Shown here piece by piece: positions 1-10,658 of a stretch of 64,000 nt of DNA. Source of the stretch: a virus (lineage: Duplodnaviria > Caudoviricetes). The stretch is taken from IMG/VR virus record IMGVR_UViG_2852304943_000002, positions 252 to 64,251 of that record. The stretch is one strand, 5' to 3'. The notes under the pieces are model-generated. The model saw nothing but the letters and a program-made list of their open reading frames with translations. It had not been told where the DNA came from and did not search any database. The translations under genes and the position numbers were made by a program. The first letter of the stretch is position 1; the number at the start of each line of letters is the position of its first letter.

Positions 1-850
1 TAAATCATGGTTTGTAGATTTTGATCCTGTGGTTGATAACGCACTAGATGCTGGTTTTTTTGAGCAGGATTTAGGCTTTTCTGAAGAATTACTGCATCGA
101 GTTGAAGTGCGCAAAGCAGTGCGTGAAAGTGATAATTTTAAACCGTTATCAGAGGATATTCGGCGGTTATTTCCTAATGCGTTTGAAGAATGTGCTGAGC
201 CTGCATTGGGACTTGGGGGGTGGGTGCCGAAAGGGTGGAAGGGACAGCCCATTAAAACACATTGTGTAAAAATTCAAAATGGTGGGACTCCAAGCCGTTC
301 TAATTCAGATTATTGGGATGGCGGCAATATACCTTGGCTAACATCGGGTGAAGTAAGACAATCAATTGTCACGAATGTTGAGAACACAATTACAGACCTA
401 GGCTTACAAAATTCATCTGCGAAGTGGGTAAGTTCTTACTCCACTCTTGTTGCTTTATATGGAGCAACTGCCGGTGAGGTATCTATTAATGTAGATCCAT
501 TAACAACGAATCAAGCGGTATGTGCACTAATTCCTAAAGAAAGTTATTGTTGGTTTAACTACCTCCAAGTTCGAAATAAAACAATAGAAATGCAAAATCA
601 AGCTGTAGGCTCAGCACAGCAAAATATAAGTAAGAGGTTAGTTGAGAACTTAATTGTGATATCACCTCTGCCTTATATTGTGGAGATCTTTAACCAAAGA
701 GTAGAACCATTATTTTTGAAATCAATATTTAACCAAAAAATGGCTATGGAGCTAACCAAACTCCGCGACACGCTTCTCCCCAAATTGATCTCCGGCGAGC
801 TGTCTCTGAGTGATATAAAAATAGATATTCCAGAAGAAACACTTATTTAA
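1..850 (+). CDS. hsdS: Type I RM specificity subunit, 3' part (starts before the window)
   Basis: Conserved S-subunit segments (GWVPKGW, GGTPSR..YWDGGNIPWL, LRDTLLPKLISGEL); directly upstream of hsdR. Confidence 0.93.
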   Translation, partial: KSWFVDFDPVVDNALDAGFFEQDLGFSEELLHRVEVRKAVRESDNFKPLSEDIRRLFPNAFEECAEPALGLGGWVPKGWKGQPIKTHCVKIQNGGTPSRSNSDYWDGGNIPWLTSGEVRQSIVTNVENTITDLGLQNSSAKWVSSYSTLVALYGATAGEVSINVDPLTTNQAVCALIPKESYCWFNYLQVRNKTIEMQNQAVGSAQQNISKRLVENLIVISPLPYIVEIFNQRVEPLFLKSIFNQKMAMELTKLRDTLLPKLISGELSLSDIKIDIPEETLI

Positions 851-858
851 TTTATTCG

Positions 859-896
859 ACCGCTTCACATTTTTCTTATTGTGAGGCGGTTTTTGT
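859..896 (+). terminator. Intrinsic terminator-like hairpin between hsdS and hsdR
   Basis: accgcttcaca...tgtgaggcggt followed by a T-tract. Confidence 0.55.
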
Positions 897-960
897 TATC
901 GAATCAATTAAACTATTTTAATTAAAACAATTCGCTAAAAATAAAAAAGAAGCCACTGAT

Positions 961-3900
961 ATGAGCCATATCTTCACTGAAGCCAAATTGGAACAGGCGA
1001 TAATTTCCTTACTAGGACAACATACAAACAATGCTGGGCAAACCTGCTATCCGCATTATCTCGGCATTACTATCCCGCGCAAAAACAACAGTGAAGTATT
1101 GATAGTGGATGATTTGCGCCAGTATCTTGCTAAACAGTATCAAGCAGATGGCATCACCGACGGTGAGATCACCAGGATTGTACAGCAGTTGCAATCTCTC
1201 CCTGCGAGTGATCTCTACCAAAGCAACAAAACCTTCTGCCATTGGCTCAGTAACGGCTTTTTACTTAAGCGTGAAGATCGCAACCAAAAAGACCTATATA
1301 TCGAACTTATCGATACTCAAACCTTGCCCGACCAATTAGTAAAATTATTTGCAGGGGAAGAAGTGCTATCCGTAGCAGATAATAATCGCTATCGGCTAGT
1401 TAATCAGTTAGAAATAGAAGGTCAGGCGCGAGACGGCGGGGTGCAACAGCGCATCCCTGATGCGATTTTATACGTCAATGGGCTACCGCTGGTGGTCTTT
1501 GAATTCAAATCGGCAGTGCGTGAGGAAGAGGCAACGCTATTTGATGCATGGACACAGCTTTGTGTGCGTTATCGTCGCGATATTCCCAAGTTATTTGTCT
1601 ATAACGCCTTGTGTATCTTGAGCGATGGCGTGAATAACAAGATGGGTAATCTATTTGCCCCTTATGAATTCTACTACGCATGGCGTAAAATTAACGGCAA
1701 CGAATCAACGGAAAAGCAGGGCATCAACGGCCTGTACACCTTAATTGAAGGGTTATTCCATCCTGCTCGTTTATTGGACGTACTAAAAAACTTTGTTTTC
1801 TTCCCTGATACCAGTAAGCATGAAGTGAAAGTGTGCTGCCGCTACCCACAGTATTACGCGGCTCGTAAGCTCTATTACAACATCGAGAAAGAGCGTAAAC
1901 AGATCACTGCGGATGGTGAAAATATCGGTGGTAGTGGTAAAGGGGGCACCTACTTTGGCGCCACAGGGTGTGGTAAAAGCTACACCATGCAGTTTTTAGC
2001 GCGTCTATTGATGAAAAGCGTCGATTTTGCCAGCCCAACGATTATTTTAATCACTGATCGCACCGATCTTGATGAACAGTTGGCAAAACAGTTTTGCAAT
2101 GCAAAAGCTTTTATTGGCGATGAAATTATTGTGCCCGTCACCAGTCGCCAAGATTTACGTGATAAGCTTGCAGGACGTGCTAGTGGCGGGGTATTCCTCA
2201 CCACTATTCATAAATTTACTGAAGATATCCAACTGCTTTCTGAGCGCAGTAATATTATCTGTATCTCAGATGAAGCTCACCGTAGCCAAATCAATCTCGA
2301 CCAAAAAATTATCATCAACCAAGAAGACGGTACGGTTAAAAAGACCTACGGCTTTGCCAAATATCTACATGATTCACTGCCGAATGCTACTTACGTCGGT
2401 TTTACCGGAACGCCTATCGACGCCACCTTAGATGTCTTCGGGGAAACTATCGATAGCTACACCATGACCGAGTCGGTAAATGATGAAATCACCGTGCGCA
2501 TTGTGTACGAAGGGCGTGCGGCTAAAATTGCCCTTGATAACAGCAAACTGGAAGAGATCGAACGTTATTATCAAGAATGTGAAGCCCAAGGCACTAGCGA
2601 ATATCAGATAGAAGAAAGCAAAAAAGCCATGGCGAACATGAACTCTATTTTGGGTGATCCTGATCGTATTGATACGTTAGCGAAAGATTTTGCGCAACAT
2701 TATGAAAAACGAGTAGAAGAAGGTTCTACCATCAAAGGGAAAGCGATGGTGGTTTGTGCTAGCCGTGATATTGCTTATGCGTTTTATCAGAGCCTAAAAT
2801 TACAACGGCCAGAGTGGTTTGAAGCGAAACAGGCAATTGACGGTGTGGAACTCACCGAACAAGAGAAAAGCGAGTTAATGCCTTTACCAATGGTCAATAT
2901 GGTGATGACTCGTGGGAAAGATGATCATGAGGCGATGTACAACTTACTGGGAACAAAAGACTACCGCAGAGAGTTAGATAAACAGTTTAAGAACCCGAAA
3001 TCCAACTTTAAAATCGCCATTGTGGTGGATATGTGGCTGACGGGCTTTGATGTGCCTGAGCTAGATACCATCTATATCGACAAGCCGCTACAAAAGCATA
3101 ACCTTATTCAAACCATTTCTCGAGTGAATCGTCGTTTTGAGGGGAAAGAGAAGGGGCTGGTTGTTGACTATATCGGGATTAAAAGCCGTATGAATATGGC
3201 GCTGGCGATGTATTCTAAAGCCGATAAGTCTAACTTTGAAGATGTTCAGCAATCCATTGTAGAAGTCCGTAATCACCTCAATTTGCTTTCACAGGTATTT
3301 CATCAATTCGATAGTCGCGATTACTTTTCAGGCTCGCCAACACGGCAATTAGACTGCCTTAATCGGGCGGCTGAGTTTGTCCTGCAAACCAAGAAAGTTG
3401 AACTGCGCTTTATGGGCTTAGTAAAGCGGTTGAAAGCCGCTTATGATATTTGCGTGGGCAGTGAAGATATCACCCAAGATGAACGTGAACATATCCATTT
3501 TTATTTGGCTGTACGCTCTATAGTCTATAAATTAACCAAAGGTGATGCCCCAGATACGGCGCAGATGAATCAAAAAGTGCGAGAGATGATAGCGGAAGCC
3601 CTTAAAGCCGAAGGCGTGGAAGAGATCTTCACTTTAGGGGACGAAAAAGCTGAAAATATCGATATTTTTGATGATGAATACATGGCTCGTATCAATAAAA
3701 TTAAGTTGCCGAATACCAAAATGCAACTGTTGCAAAAGATGCTCCAAAAGGCCATTAGTGATTTCCAAAAGGTCAATCAGCTGCAAGGAATTAATTTCTC
3801 CAAGCGTTTCCAAGCATTGGTTGAGCAGTATAACCAACGCAAAGAAAATGATGTGCTCAATGGCGAAGAGTTCGACGATTTCACTGCACAAATGGCGGAT

Positions 3901-4239
3901 ATGATTTATGACATCAAGGCAGAAATGATGTCGTTTGAGGATATCGGCATCGATATGGAGGAGAAAGCCTTCCTCGATATTTTGCAGCATATGTGCCAGA
4001 AATACGATTTCACCTACGATGACGACAAAATGCTGGCACTTGCTAAGGACATGAAACTTATTGTCGATGACAGCACACAATACCCTGACTGGAGCAACCG
4101 GGAAGATATTAAAGCGAAGCTGAAAGTTGACTTGATTTTGTTATTACACCGTTATGGTTTCCCTCCAGTGGCGAATGACGAAGTATATAAAAGTGTACTG
4201 GAACAAGCCGAGAACTTTAAGAAATATCAATTGGGGTGA
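961..4239 (+). CDS. hsdR: Type I restriction endonuclease subunit R
   Basis: PD..FEFK nuclease motif, Walker A GATGCGKS, DEAH box, GFTGTP, VDMWLTGFD, QTISRVNR. Confidence 0.96.
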   Translation: MSHIFTEAKLEQAIISLLGQHTNNAGQTCYPHYLGITIPRKNNSEVLIVDDLRQYLAKQYQADGITDGEITRIVQQLQSLPASDLYQSNKTFCHWLSNGFLLKREDRNQKDLYIELIDTQTLPDQLVKLFAGEEVLSVADNNRYRLVNQLEIEGQARDGGVQQRIPDAILYVNGLPLVVFEFKSAVREEEATLFDAWTQLCVRYRRDIPKLFVYNALCILSDGVNNKMGNLFAPYEFYYAWRKINGNESTEKQGINGLYTLIEGLFHPARLLDVLKNFVFFPDTSKHEVKVCCRYPQYYAARKLYYNIEKERKQITADGENIGGSGKGGTYFGATGCGKSYTMQFLARLLMKSVDFASPTIILITDRTDLDEQLAKQFCNAKAFIGDEIIVPVTSRQDLRDKLAGRASGGVFLTTIHKFTEDIQLLSERSNIICISDEAHRSQINLDQKIIINQEDGTVKKTYGFAKYLHDSLPNATYVGFTGTPIDATLDVFGETIDSYTMTESVNDEITVRIVYEGRAAKIALDNSKLEEIERYYQECEAQGTSEYQIEESKKAMANMNSILGDPDRIDTLAKDFAQHYEKRVEEGSTIKGKAMVVCASRDIAYAFYQSLKLQRPEWFEAKQAIDGVELTEQEKSELMPLPMVNMVMTRGKDDHEAMYNLLGTKDYRRELDKQFKNPKSNFKIAIVVDMWLTGFDVPELDTIYIDKPLQKHNLIQTISRVNRRFEGKEKGLVVDYIGIKSRMNMALAMYSKADKSNFEDVQQSIVEVRNHLNLLSQVFHQFDSRDYFSGSPTRQLDCLNRAAEFVLQTKKVELRFMGLVKRLKAAYDICVGSEDITQDEREHIHFYLAVRSIVYKLTKGDAPDTAQMNQKVREMIAEALKAEGVEEIFTLGDEKAENIDIFDDEYMARINKIKLPNTKMQLLQKMLQKAISDFQKVNQLQGINFSKRFQALVEQYNQRKENDVLNGEEFDDFTAQMADMIYDIKAEMMSFEDIGIDMEEKAFLDILQHMCQKYDFTYDDDKMLALAKDMKLIVDDSTQYPDWSNREDIKAKLKVDLILLLHRYGFPPVANDEVYKSVLEQAENFKKYQLG

Positions 4240-4305
4240 TTGGTAATCGCTGAAATATCGAAGGTGACTCTAATTTACTGAATTAACACCCCTAGATGGG
4301 AGGAA

Positions 4306-5745
4306 TTGATGGCACAACCGTTTATTCATACCTCTGAGCTTTGCTGGTCACCTCAAGAACTAGGCTTGATGGCCCAAGCGATTGAGTCTTGCTTTTTGCA
4401 ATACCAAATTAGAGGTGAGGTTGTCGGTTATGATGAAGGCGCAACATTTACCCTCTTTAGAATCGAATTGGGTAGAGGGATAAAAGTCTCTCAAGTGATA
4501 GCGTTAGTGCCAGAATTGTGTCGTTCCCTGAGCGTCGTTGATATAAAAGTTATTGATTTTATTGCGGGTACACCTTATATCGGATTAAGAGTGACTAATA
4601 CCTATCGTCGAGCGGTGTCTTTTGTTGAATGCTTTAATCTATGGAGCGGAATCAATGGGTTATCTACTCTTTCTGTCATGTTAGGTGAAGATATTATAGG
4701 AGAACCAATAGGCTGGGATTTGGCTCAAATGCCACATTTACTTATTGCAGGTGTAACGCGCTCAGGCAAGTCCATGTTAATGCATTCCTTGGTAATGAGC
4801 ATTTTATACAGAAACTCGCCGGATAAAGTTCGCTTTGTGATGTTTGATACAAGCCAGCTTGAACTCAGTTTATACAACGATATACCCCACTTATTGTTTC
4901 CTGTTGCCTCTGATTCTATTGAATCAATAAAGCCATTATCGTTTTTAGTCTCTGAATTGCAACGCCGTCAAAAATTATTTAGTGCGTTAAATCAGCGCAA
5001 TTTGAGTGGTTACAATAAGATAATATCAAATGCAAAAGAGTTAGGTAAGCCTATACCTGATCCTTTCTGGTGCCCTAATAAAAATTATAGTGAGCATCCT
5101 TATTTAGACAGTGAGCCTGAAATTGTTGTTTGTGTTGATGATTATGTTCAACTCATTGGCGAGTATAAACAAATAGGAGAGATGTTAGTTCTATTGAGTC
5201 AGCAAGGTTATGCGGTTGGCATTCATCTAATACTAACGACTCGTAGCCCTTTATCCACCAGTATCGGTTCACAGCTTCGAATTAATATCGCTACACGTAT
5301 TGCTCTTTCTGTATCGTCTAGGGCTGATTCTAATTTAATTCTTGGACAGTATGGTGCTGAGTCACTATTTGGTTTGGGTGACATGTTATTTGTATCACCG
5401 AGTTTCTCTGGACCTATAAGAATTCAAGGTGCTTATGTGAGTGATTCAGATATTAGGGATGCGGTCGATTATTGTAAACGATGGGGAAGCGTGAGTTATC
5501 TTAATCTTTATGATGATGTCCAGAATACAAATATGTCAGCTGAAGAGCTTGACCCATTATTTGCTCAAGTAGTTGAATTTACGGTAGGAAAACAGTGGGT
5601 TTCTATTTCAGGTATTCAGAGACAATTTCGAATCGGTTATAACAGAGCAGCAAGGATTATAGAGCAGTTAGAATTACAGGGTATCGTTAGTGAACAAAAT
5701 TGTAATGGCAATCGAGAGGTATTAGCTCCACGGTTTGATAGCTAG
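4306..5745 (+). CDS. FtsK/SpoIIIE-family protein (alpha, beta, gamma domains only; no membrane anchor)
   Basis: PHLLIAGVTRSGKS, GIHLIL, GAESLFGLGDML and C-terminal gamma domain SISGIQRQFRIGYNRAARIIEQLE. Confidence 0.88.
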   Translation: MMAQPFIHTSELCWSPQELGLMAQAIESCFLQYQIRGEVVGYDEGATFTLFRIELGRGIKVSQVIALVPELCRSLSVVDIKVIDFIAGTPYIGLRVTNTYRRAVSFVECFNLWSGINGLSTLSVMLGEDIIGEPIGWDLAQMPHLLIAGVTRSGKSMLMHSLVMSILYRNSPDKVRFVMFDTSQLELSLYNDIPHLLFPVASDSIESIKPLSFLVSELQRRQKLFSALNQRNLSGYNKIISNAKELGKPIPDPFWCPNKNYSEHPYLDSEPEIVVCVDDYVQLIGEYKQIGEMLVLLSQQGYAVGIHLILTTRSPLSTSIGSQLRINIATRIALSVSSRADSNLILGQYGAESLFGLGDMLFVSPSFSGPIRIQGAYVSDSDIRDAVDYCKRWGSVSYLNLYDDVQNTNMSAEELDPLFAQVVEFTVGKQWVSISGIQRQFRIGYNRAARIIEQLELQGIVSEQNCNGNREVLAPRFDS

Positions 5746-6048
5746 TAATGACTATATCTGTATTGATTCGTCAACCAATCTCTGAGCTTGTTCTAAATTT
5801 CTCGGCTTTATTAACTAGTATTCTATTTTAATATCCTATTGACTCACTCTGCTAATGTATTTTGATAACAGTCATAATTATCTCTCATAGAACATTGAAT
5901 ATTATGTTTTTATGAATCTCCTGATATTCCGACGAACAATATTGTATCCGTTGATTAGGAAGAAGAACGCAGACAAAAAGAAGAGGAAGTTTAATATAAT
6001 AAGTAGAGTGTTACACTAAAATATTATCATGTATAAGTTAGGTGTTTT

Positions 6049-6461
6049 ATGAAGATTAGAGAAAATGATTTTTGGGTTTATTTTTCATCTAAAAATGAAA
6101 GCAATAGCACAAATAACGACAAAATTGGTAAGTGGATGTATTTTTTTAATGATGCGGAATTCACAGAAAAAATATGTCAAAAAGCAATTTTAAATAGTGT
6201 AGTCGAGCATTGTAAATATACGAATAATGCTGAATCTGGAGTTGCGTGTTTTTACTTAAATATTGATGATATTGAAGGGCATAAAAAAGTTATTAAGTTT
6301 TTTTAGATAATAAATTAATTCCCATAAATAAATCAGGTAAATTTAAGAATATATCATTCAAATTAGACATGCAGACAATGAATCAGGAATATGGAGACAA
6401 GTTTGAAGGTAAGTTATCATTAGAGCATTTTATTGATTTGAGCTCTGGTATTTTTAAGTGA
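6049..6461 (+). pseudogene. Small GKW-motif protein (DUF1917-like, tentative), frameshifted at the T-run near 6300
   Basis: ORF 6049-6306 continues in another frame as FLDNKLIPINKSGKFKNISFKLD...SSGIFK* ending 6461. Confidence 0.55.
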
Positions 6462-6544
6462 TATAAAATCAGGACACGAATAAGACACCAGAAATGGATA
6501 ACTGATTGATTATATAACTCGGTCGTCTCCGTCGAGCATCGGTG

Positions 6545-6904
6545 CTACTCTGTTTTTTTCAATAAATTAGCCATTTCTGACATCCGTTTAGATCTGGAAT
6601 TTAATTCTTTTATTATATCCAAGGCTGTAATTGAAGGGTTGGACTCTATCATTTTTACTACATCATTTATTTCGCTAACTCGCGCTGATAGTTCGACAAT
6701 AGATGTACGCCTATTATTTTCTTGTAGATCTCCCCACATCTCGTCGGCATCATAGGAGTTGAATTGAATATATGTATTGGGTGGGGCGTGGTAAACATTT
6801 TCAACACCACAAGGGAGCCAGTCATCACCAGTAACAATGTCAGCATCAAAAGGTACAGTTTTATCTATTTCTTGTAGCTTCTTAATTAATTCTGATGTTT
6901 TCAT
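6545..6904 (-). CDS. Hypothetical protein in a remnant element
   Basis: 119-aa ORF just beyond the att-associated terminator. Confidence 0.6.
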   Translation of the reverse strand: MKTSELIKKLQEIDKTVPFDADIVTGDDWLPCGVENVYHAPPNTYIQFNSYDADEMWGDLQENNRRTSIVELSARVSEINDVVKMIESNPSITALDIIKELNSRSKRMSEMANLLKKTE

Positions 6905-6927
6905 TTTTCACCCTTGACGATCTTAAT

Positions 6928-7109
6928 AAAAGGCCCACCGAAGTGAGCCTTTTTGAACTCTAAATAATCCGCGTACGATTTGCGTATGATTTAGAGTCCT
7001 ATCTGTGTCAGTGTGTAGTCTTGATGATTTCGCTAACTTCTTGTTTTTGAAACCGTTGTCCTATCACTGACCCACCAAATTTGGGCTGGCGGGAGTTGAA
7101 CCCGCGTCC
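6928..7109. repeat. ~185-bp direct repeat, copy 1 (terminator, att arm, damaged ssrA 3' end); left att of the lambdoid prophage
   Basis: Near-identical to 57756-57941. Confidence 0.92.
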
Positions 7110-7199
7110 TGAGTTGTTCAACTGATTGTAATATAAGAGCTTATTATATCTGTCACGCTACGCGTATGATTTACGGCTCAACTATAGTCCTAATTGTGG

Positions 7200-8370
7200 C
7201 TATCTGCTGTCTACTTTCTTTAAAATAGAAGTGTTGCCATCATACTCTTTCAAATACGATCCATAATGTCTGAAAAGCATTTCAGGGCCTTTATGTCCCA
7301 TCTGTGAAGCCAACCAAAATAAGTTAACTCCATTGCTAATATGCTTGACAGCAAATGTATGTCTTGTTTGATATGGGTTCCTATATCGTACTCCAGCTTT
7401 CTTTAGTGTTGGTACCCATGCTTTTTTCTAATTGCGTCAGCACCAGCCCAAGCCTCATTTGTTTTTGGATCTTCAAAAATAGTTTCATTTTTTAAAAAAG
7501 TGAATTTCTTTTGGGAGCTTATGGCTGAAATAGCATATTCATTCAATTCTATAATTCGTGTTCCAGCTTTCGTTTTAGTGCCTTTAATTATGCCAACAAC
7601 ACTAGCTGATTTGATATGCGCTTTGTTGTTAATGAAATCAATATCATCCCACCTCAACGCACATAATTCAGAGCTACGTAAGCCTGTGTTGACTGCAAAC
7701 TGAAATAAGTTTTTCCATTGATCATATTTTGTGGAGCTATATATTTTATCTACCTCTTCAGGCGTTAAAGGATCTACAACATAGTCACTCTCTAGCGAAC
7801 TACTTTTTGTCTGATATCTTGATGCGGTTACTAAAGTTGCTGGGTTAGATAGAATTAAACCATCAGTTACCGCCTCATCTAAAGCACTTCGTAAGAAAGA
7901 TAATTGATTTCTAATTGTCTTTAATGACGTATTCTGTTTTTGTATCCATGTTTTAATATCCCTGGCGTTAAATCAACAACTGATAAATCGTGTAATGCAG
8001 AAAGTGCATTTTTACATTTTTTATAACCAACAATTGTTGATGGTGACAACTCTCTAGTTTTACAAATATCTAAATACTCATCTAGATATTCATTTATGCT
8101 CCTTCCTTTGCATTTATTACCAAATATTTTTAATTTTGATGATTTAGGGAAATATTCAACATAAGAAAAAATTCCTTTTTCTATTTTGTTATATATCTCA
8201 CCTAATAAACGTTCTGCGTATTTTATGTTTTTAGAGTTTATTTCAAGATTAGATAGAGGTTCACGGCAATGAACCCCTTTAAATGTGAATGAAATATTAA
8301 TTGTTTCTCCTGATTTATGCTTACGAATCATAACTCCGCGGGGAAGTTTATTTTGTTTTGTCTGGCCCAT
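7200..8370 (-). pseudogene. int: Tyrosine integrase with N-terminal arm-binding domain; two -1 frameshifts in A-runs (~7950, ~7425), possibly sequencing errors
   Basis: Joined frames give TGLRSSEL, KTKAG, YQTRHTFA, QMGH, HY catalytic motifs; adjacent to att. Confidence 0.88.
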
Positions 8371-8549
8371 TTATTGACTTCCTTCATATCAATCCAGCGT
8401 TCTTTTACGCCTTCAATTTTCAATACGTGAACTCCCTCATGCCAGAATTGCCTTTGTAACCGCTTATTTATTGCGTCAGTTGATTCACCAAATAACTTGC
8501 AATACATAGAAATCGGTATGCATTCAAAGTACATATTTTCTCTCCACAC
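8328..8549 (-). CDS. xis: Excisionase
   Basis: Small protein overlapping the int start; resembles lambdoid Xis (ERWIDMKEVNKW). Confidence 0.75.
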   Translation of the reverse strand: MWRENMYFECIPISMYCKLFGESTDAINKRLQRQFWHEGVHVLKIEGVKERWIDMKEVNKWARQNKINFPAEL

Positions 8550-8594
8550 TGTCCGTACACAGTTTAAATAGATATTAGTTAATGCTGGTGGTAA

Positions 8595-9071
8595 TTATTC
8601 ACTGAGCTCCTTAAGAAAAGAGATCCAGTGCGTTTTATCGTTCTTACCTACACGCTGTACCGCTGTTGGTCTTTGGTCTGTTAGTGCTAAAATTTGTTTA
8701 ACAGGTATTTGGGTTTCATTCCATTTGAACAGCAATGTTCCTCCAGGCCTAAGCACTCTAAATGCTTCACTAAACCCTTTACTTAAATCTTCTCTCCATG
8801 ATTCTTTATTTAACGAACCGTATTTTTTAAACATCCAACTATTTTTGCCAACTCTAATTAAATGAGGAGGGTCAAATAGCACCTGATAAAAAGTATTATC
8901 TGGTAAGGGAAGGTTTTTAAAATCAGAAATAACATCAGGTGTTATATTTAAAATTCTTCCATCACATAAAATATGTTCTTCTGCTCTAATATCATTAAAT
9001 AAAACTCGGTCGTCTTGTTTATCAAAATAAAACATGCGAGAGCCACAACACATATCAAGTATTGACTTCAT
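8595..9071 (-). CDS. SAM-dependent (probable amino-DNA) methyltransferase
   Basis: ILDMCCG motif I, FDPPH motif IV, RVLRPGG. Confidence 0.8.
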   Translation of the reverse strand: MKSILDMCCGSRMFYFDKQDDRVLFNDIRAEEHILCDGRILNITPDVISDFKNLPLPDNTFYQVLFDPPHLIRVGKNSWMFKKYGSLNKESWREDLSKGFSEAFRVLRPGGTLLFKWNETQIPVKQILALTDQRPTAVQRVGKNDKTHWISFLKELSE

Positions 9072-9126
9072 TGTATCCTCTGAATTTTAGGTATAAAAAA
9101 CCCTGCTAGTGCAGGGAATTATTTAT

Positions 9127-9674
9127 TTAATATATTATTTGATTTTCTTTTTGCCCTTTTTGATACTTTTCCATTGTAATGAAATAACAAAATGAAAATT
9201 ATAAAAGAAACTATAGATATGTACTCATTGAAATACGCTATAAGAAAAATCATTCCGAAAAAAGGAGATAGAAATGATATTAATTTAATAATAGCAAAAA
9301 ATCTGTATTGAAATATTATTAGAATTTCAGTCTTATCGATCTCATCGCTAGCCGATATAAATAACTGGAATAGTGAAAATGAGTTTACTGAAAGAGAAAT
9401 TGCAAAAAAAACATAGATATAATTATTTCTACATGTGATGCCAAACTAACAGCAGCTGTATTAACACTAAGTAATCCTATAAAAAAGTAGCAGAAATTAG
9501 CGAGAGAGATGCTGATGATATAAAGTAAAAATTATACTTATTCCTTCTATGTAATTCATCTGATAGCATATGTATGTCATACTTACCATATGATGTGTGT
9601 GAGAATAGTTTACGATAAGCTCTTTTTTGTCTTTTTTTCATAATCCAATTGATATTTTTATTTGCCGTGTTCAA
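9127..9674 (-). pseudogene. AT-rich multi-TM membrane protein, interrupted near 9477
   Basis: 65-aa ORF followed by hydrophobic coding-like sequence to ~9130; terminator at 9096-9117. Confidence 0.45.
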
Positions 9675-9678
9675 GACT

Positions 9679-10269
9679 TTACTTCTTTATGTATTTAAAC
9701 TCAATCACCCATACCCACGGGTTAGATGACCAACTTCCATCTCCATATATTTCTTCCTATAAAGTAGGAAATTGATCGCTAGGTGTAATAGCCTTATCGG
9801 GAACTCCACCTCCACGCCCATACCAATAACCTTCAGATTTAGCATCATCGTTACTGATATCATTCAGTCGCTCAACACGAATGTTGGTGATTTCTAACGT
9901 AATGCGCGAATATTTACGAGGCATGTGTATAGATGGCGTCCACTTAATTTCTTCATACCATCCTTCTTCTAAATCAGATGGTTTATGTGTAGCTTTATAT
10001 GCAATTGTTGATTCAGTGCATACTCCAGCTTTAAATGCCTCACGAACATAAAGGCGATCACCAATTTTACCTAGGGGGCACAAATTATGTTTTGTAGCAT
10101 CCAATATATGTGTAGTTGTGCCACTTCTTGTTTTGGTCGGTTTCTTTAGCCATATTCCATTATCAGGTATTACATTTTTAACGATGCGACGAGTTTGAGT
10201 TTTACGCCCATCTAAAATAGCGCGCACCATTTCTGCATTAAAAATAATTCCATGCTCTTTCATATTCAC
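9679..10269 (-). pseudogene. Phage ASCH-like early protein with an internal TAG at 9757
   Basis: ILDGRKTQTRR and WTPSIHMPR motifs; the frame continues past the stop as EEIYGDGSWSSNPWVWVIEF. Confidence 0.7.
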
Positions 10270-10298
10270 TCCTCTTCATTGCATCCCTGCGAGTTAAA

Positions 10299-10625
10299 TT
10301 AAGCTGTCCGTAGCTTTTCAATTTCTGGATATAACTCACGAGTTATTTTTAACGCCCGCTCGGTGCTTACTGCGCCTTCCATTTGTTTATTAAACCAAGC
10401 GTTAATATCTCCAGTATTGCTTTTCATCTCTTCGTAAAACTCTGAGTCAATCCACTGGAATATGCTTTGCGCCCACAAGTGAGCCTCTTTGGAATTATTT
10501 TCTGAAAGGTAATGCTCAATCACTAAAAGTAATAAATTTAGTCTGTGTAACTCCCACTCATATACGTGACCTCTAGCTACTTCTTGTTGAAGTGCGTTAA
10601 TCTCTTCTTTGAGTTTATCTGTCAT
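10299..10625 (-). CDS. Phage hypothetical protein
   Basis: ORF with AGGAG RBS in the leftward early operon. Confidence 0.65.
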   Translation of the reverse strand: MTDKLKEEINALQQEVARGHVYEWELHRLNLLLLVIEHYLSENNSKEAHLWAQSIFQWIDSEFYEEMKSNTGDINAWFNKQMEGAVSTERALKITRELYPEIEKLRTA

Positions 10626-10658
10626 ATCTATCTCCTGTTTGCATCCTTGCACTGAGTC

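Noticed and set aside
1012-4080. Short antisense and alternate-frame ORFs within hsdR (likewise within dnaB, terL, tape measure and J)
   Set aside because: Fully overlap well-supported genes and have no recognisable motifs
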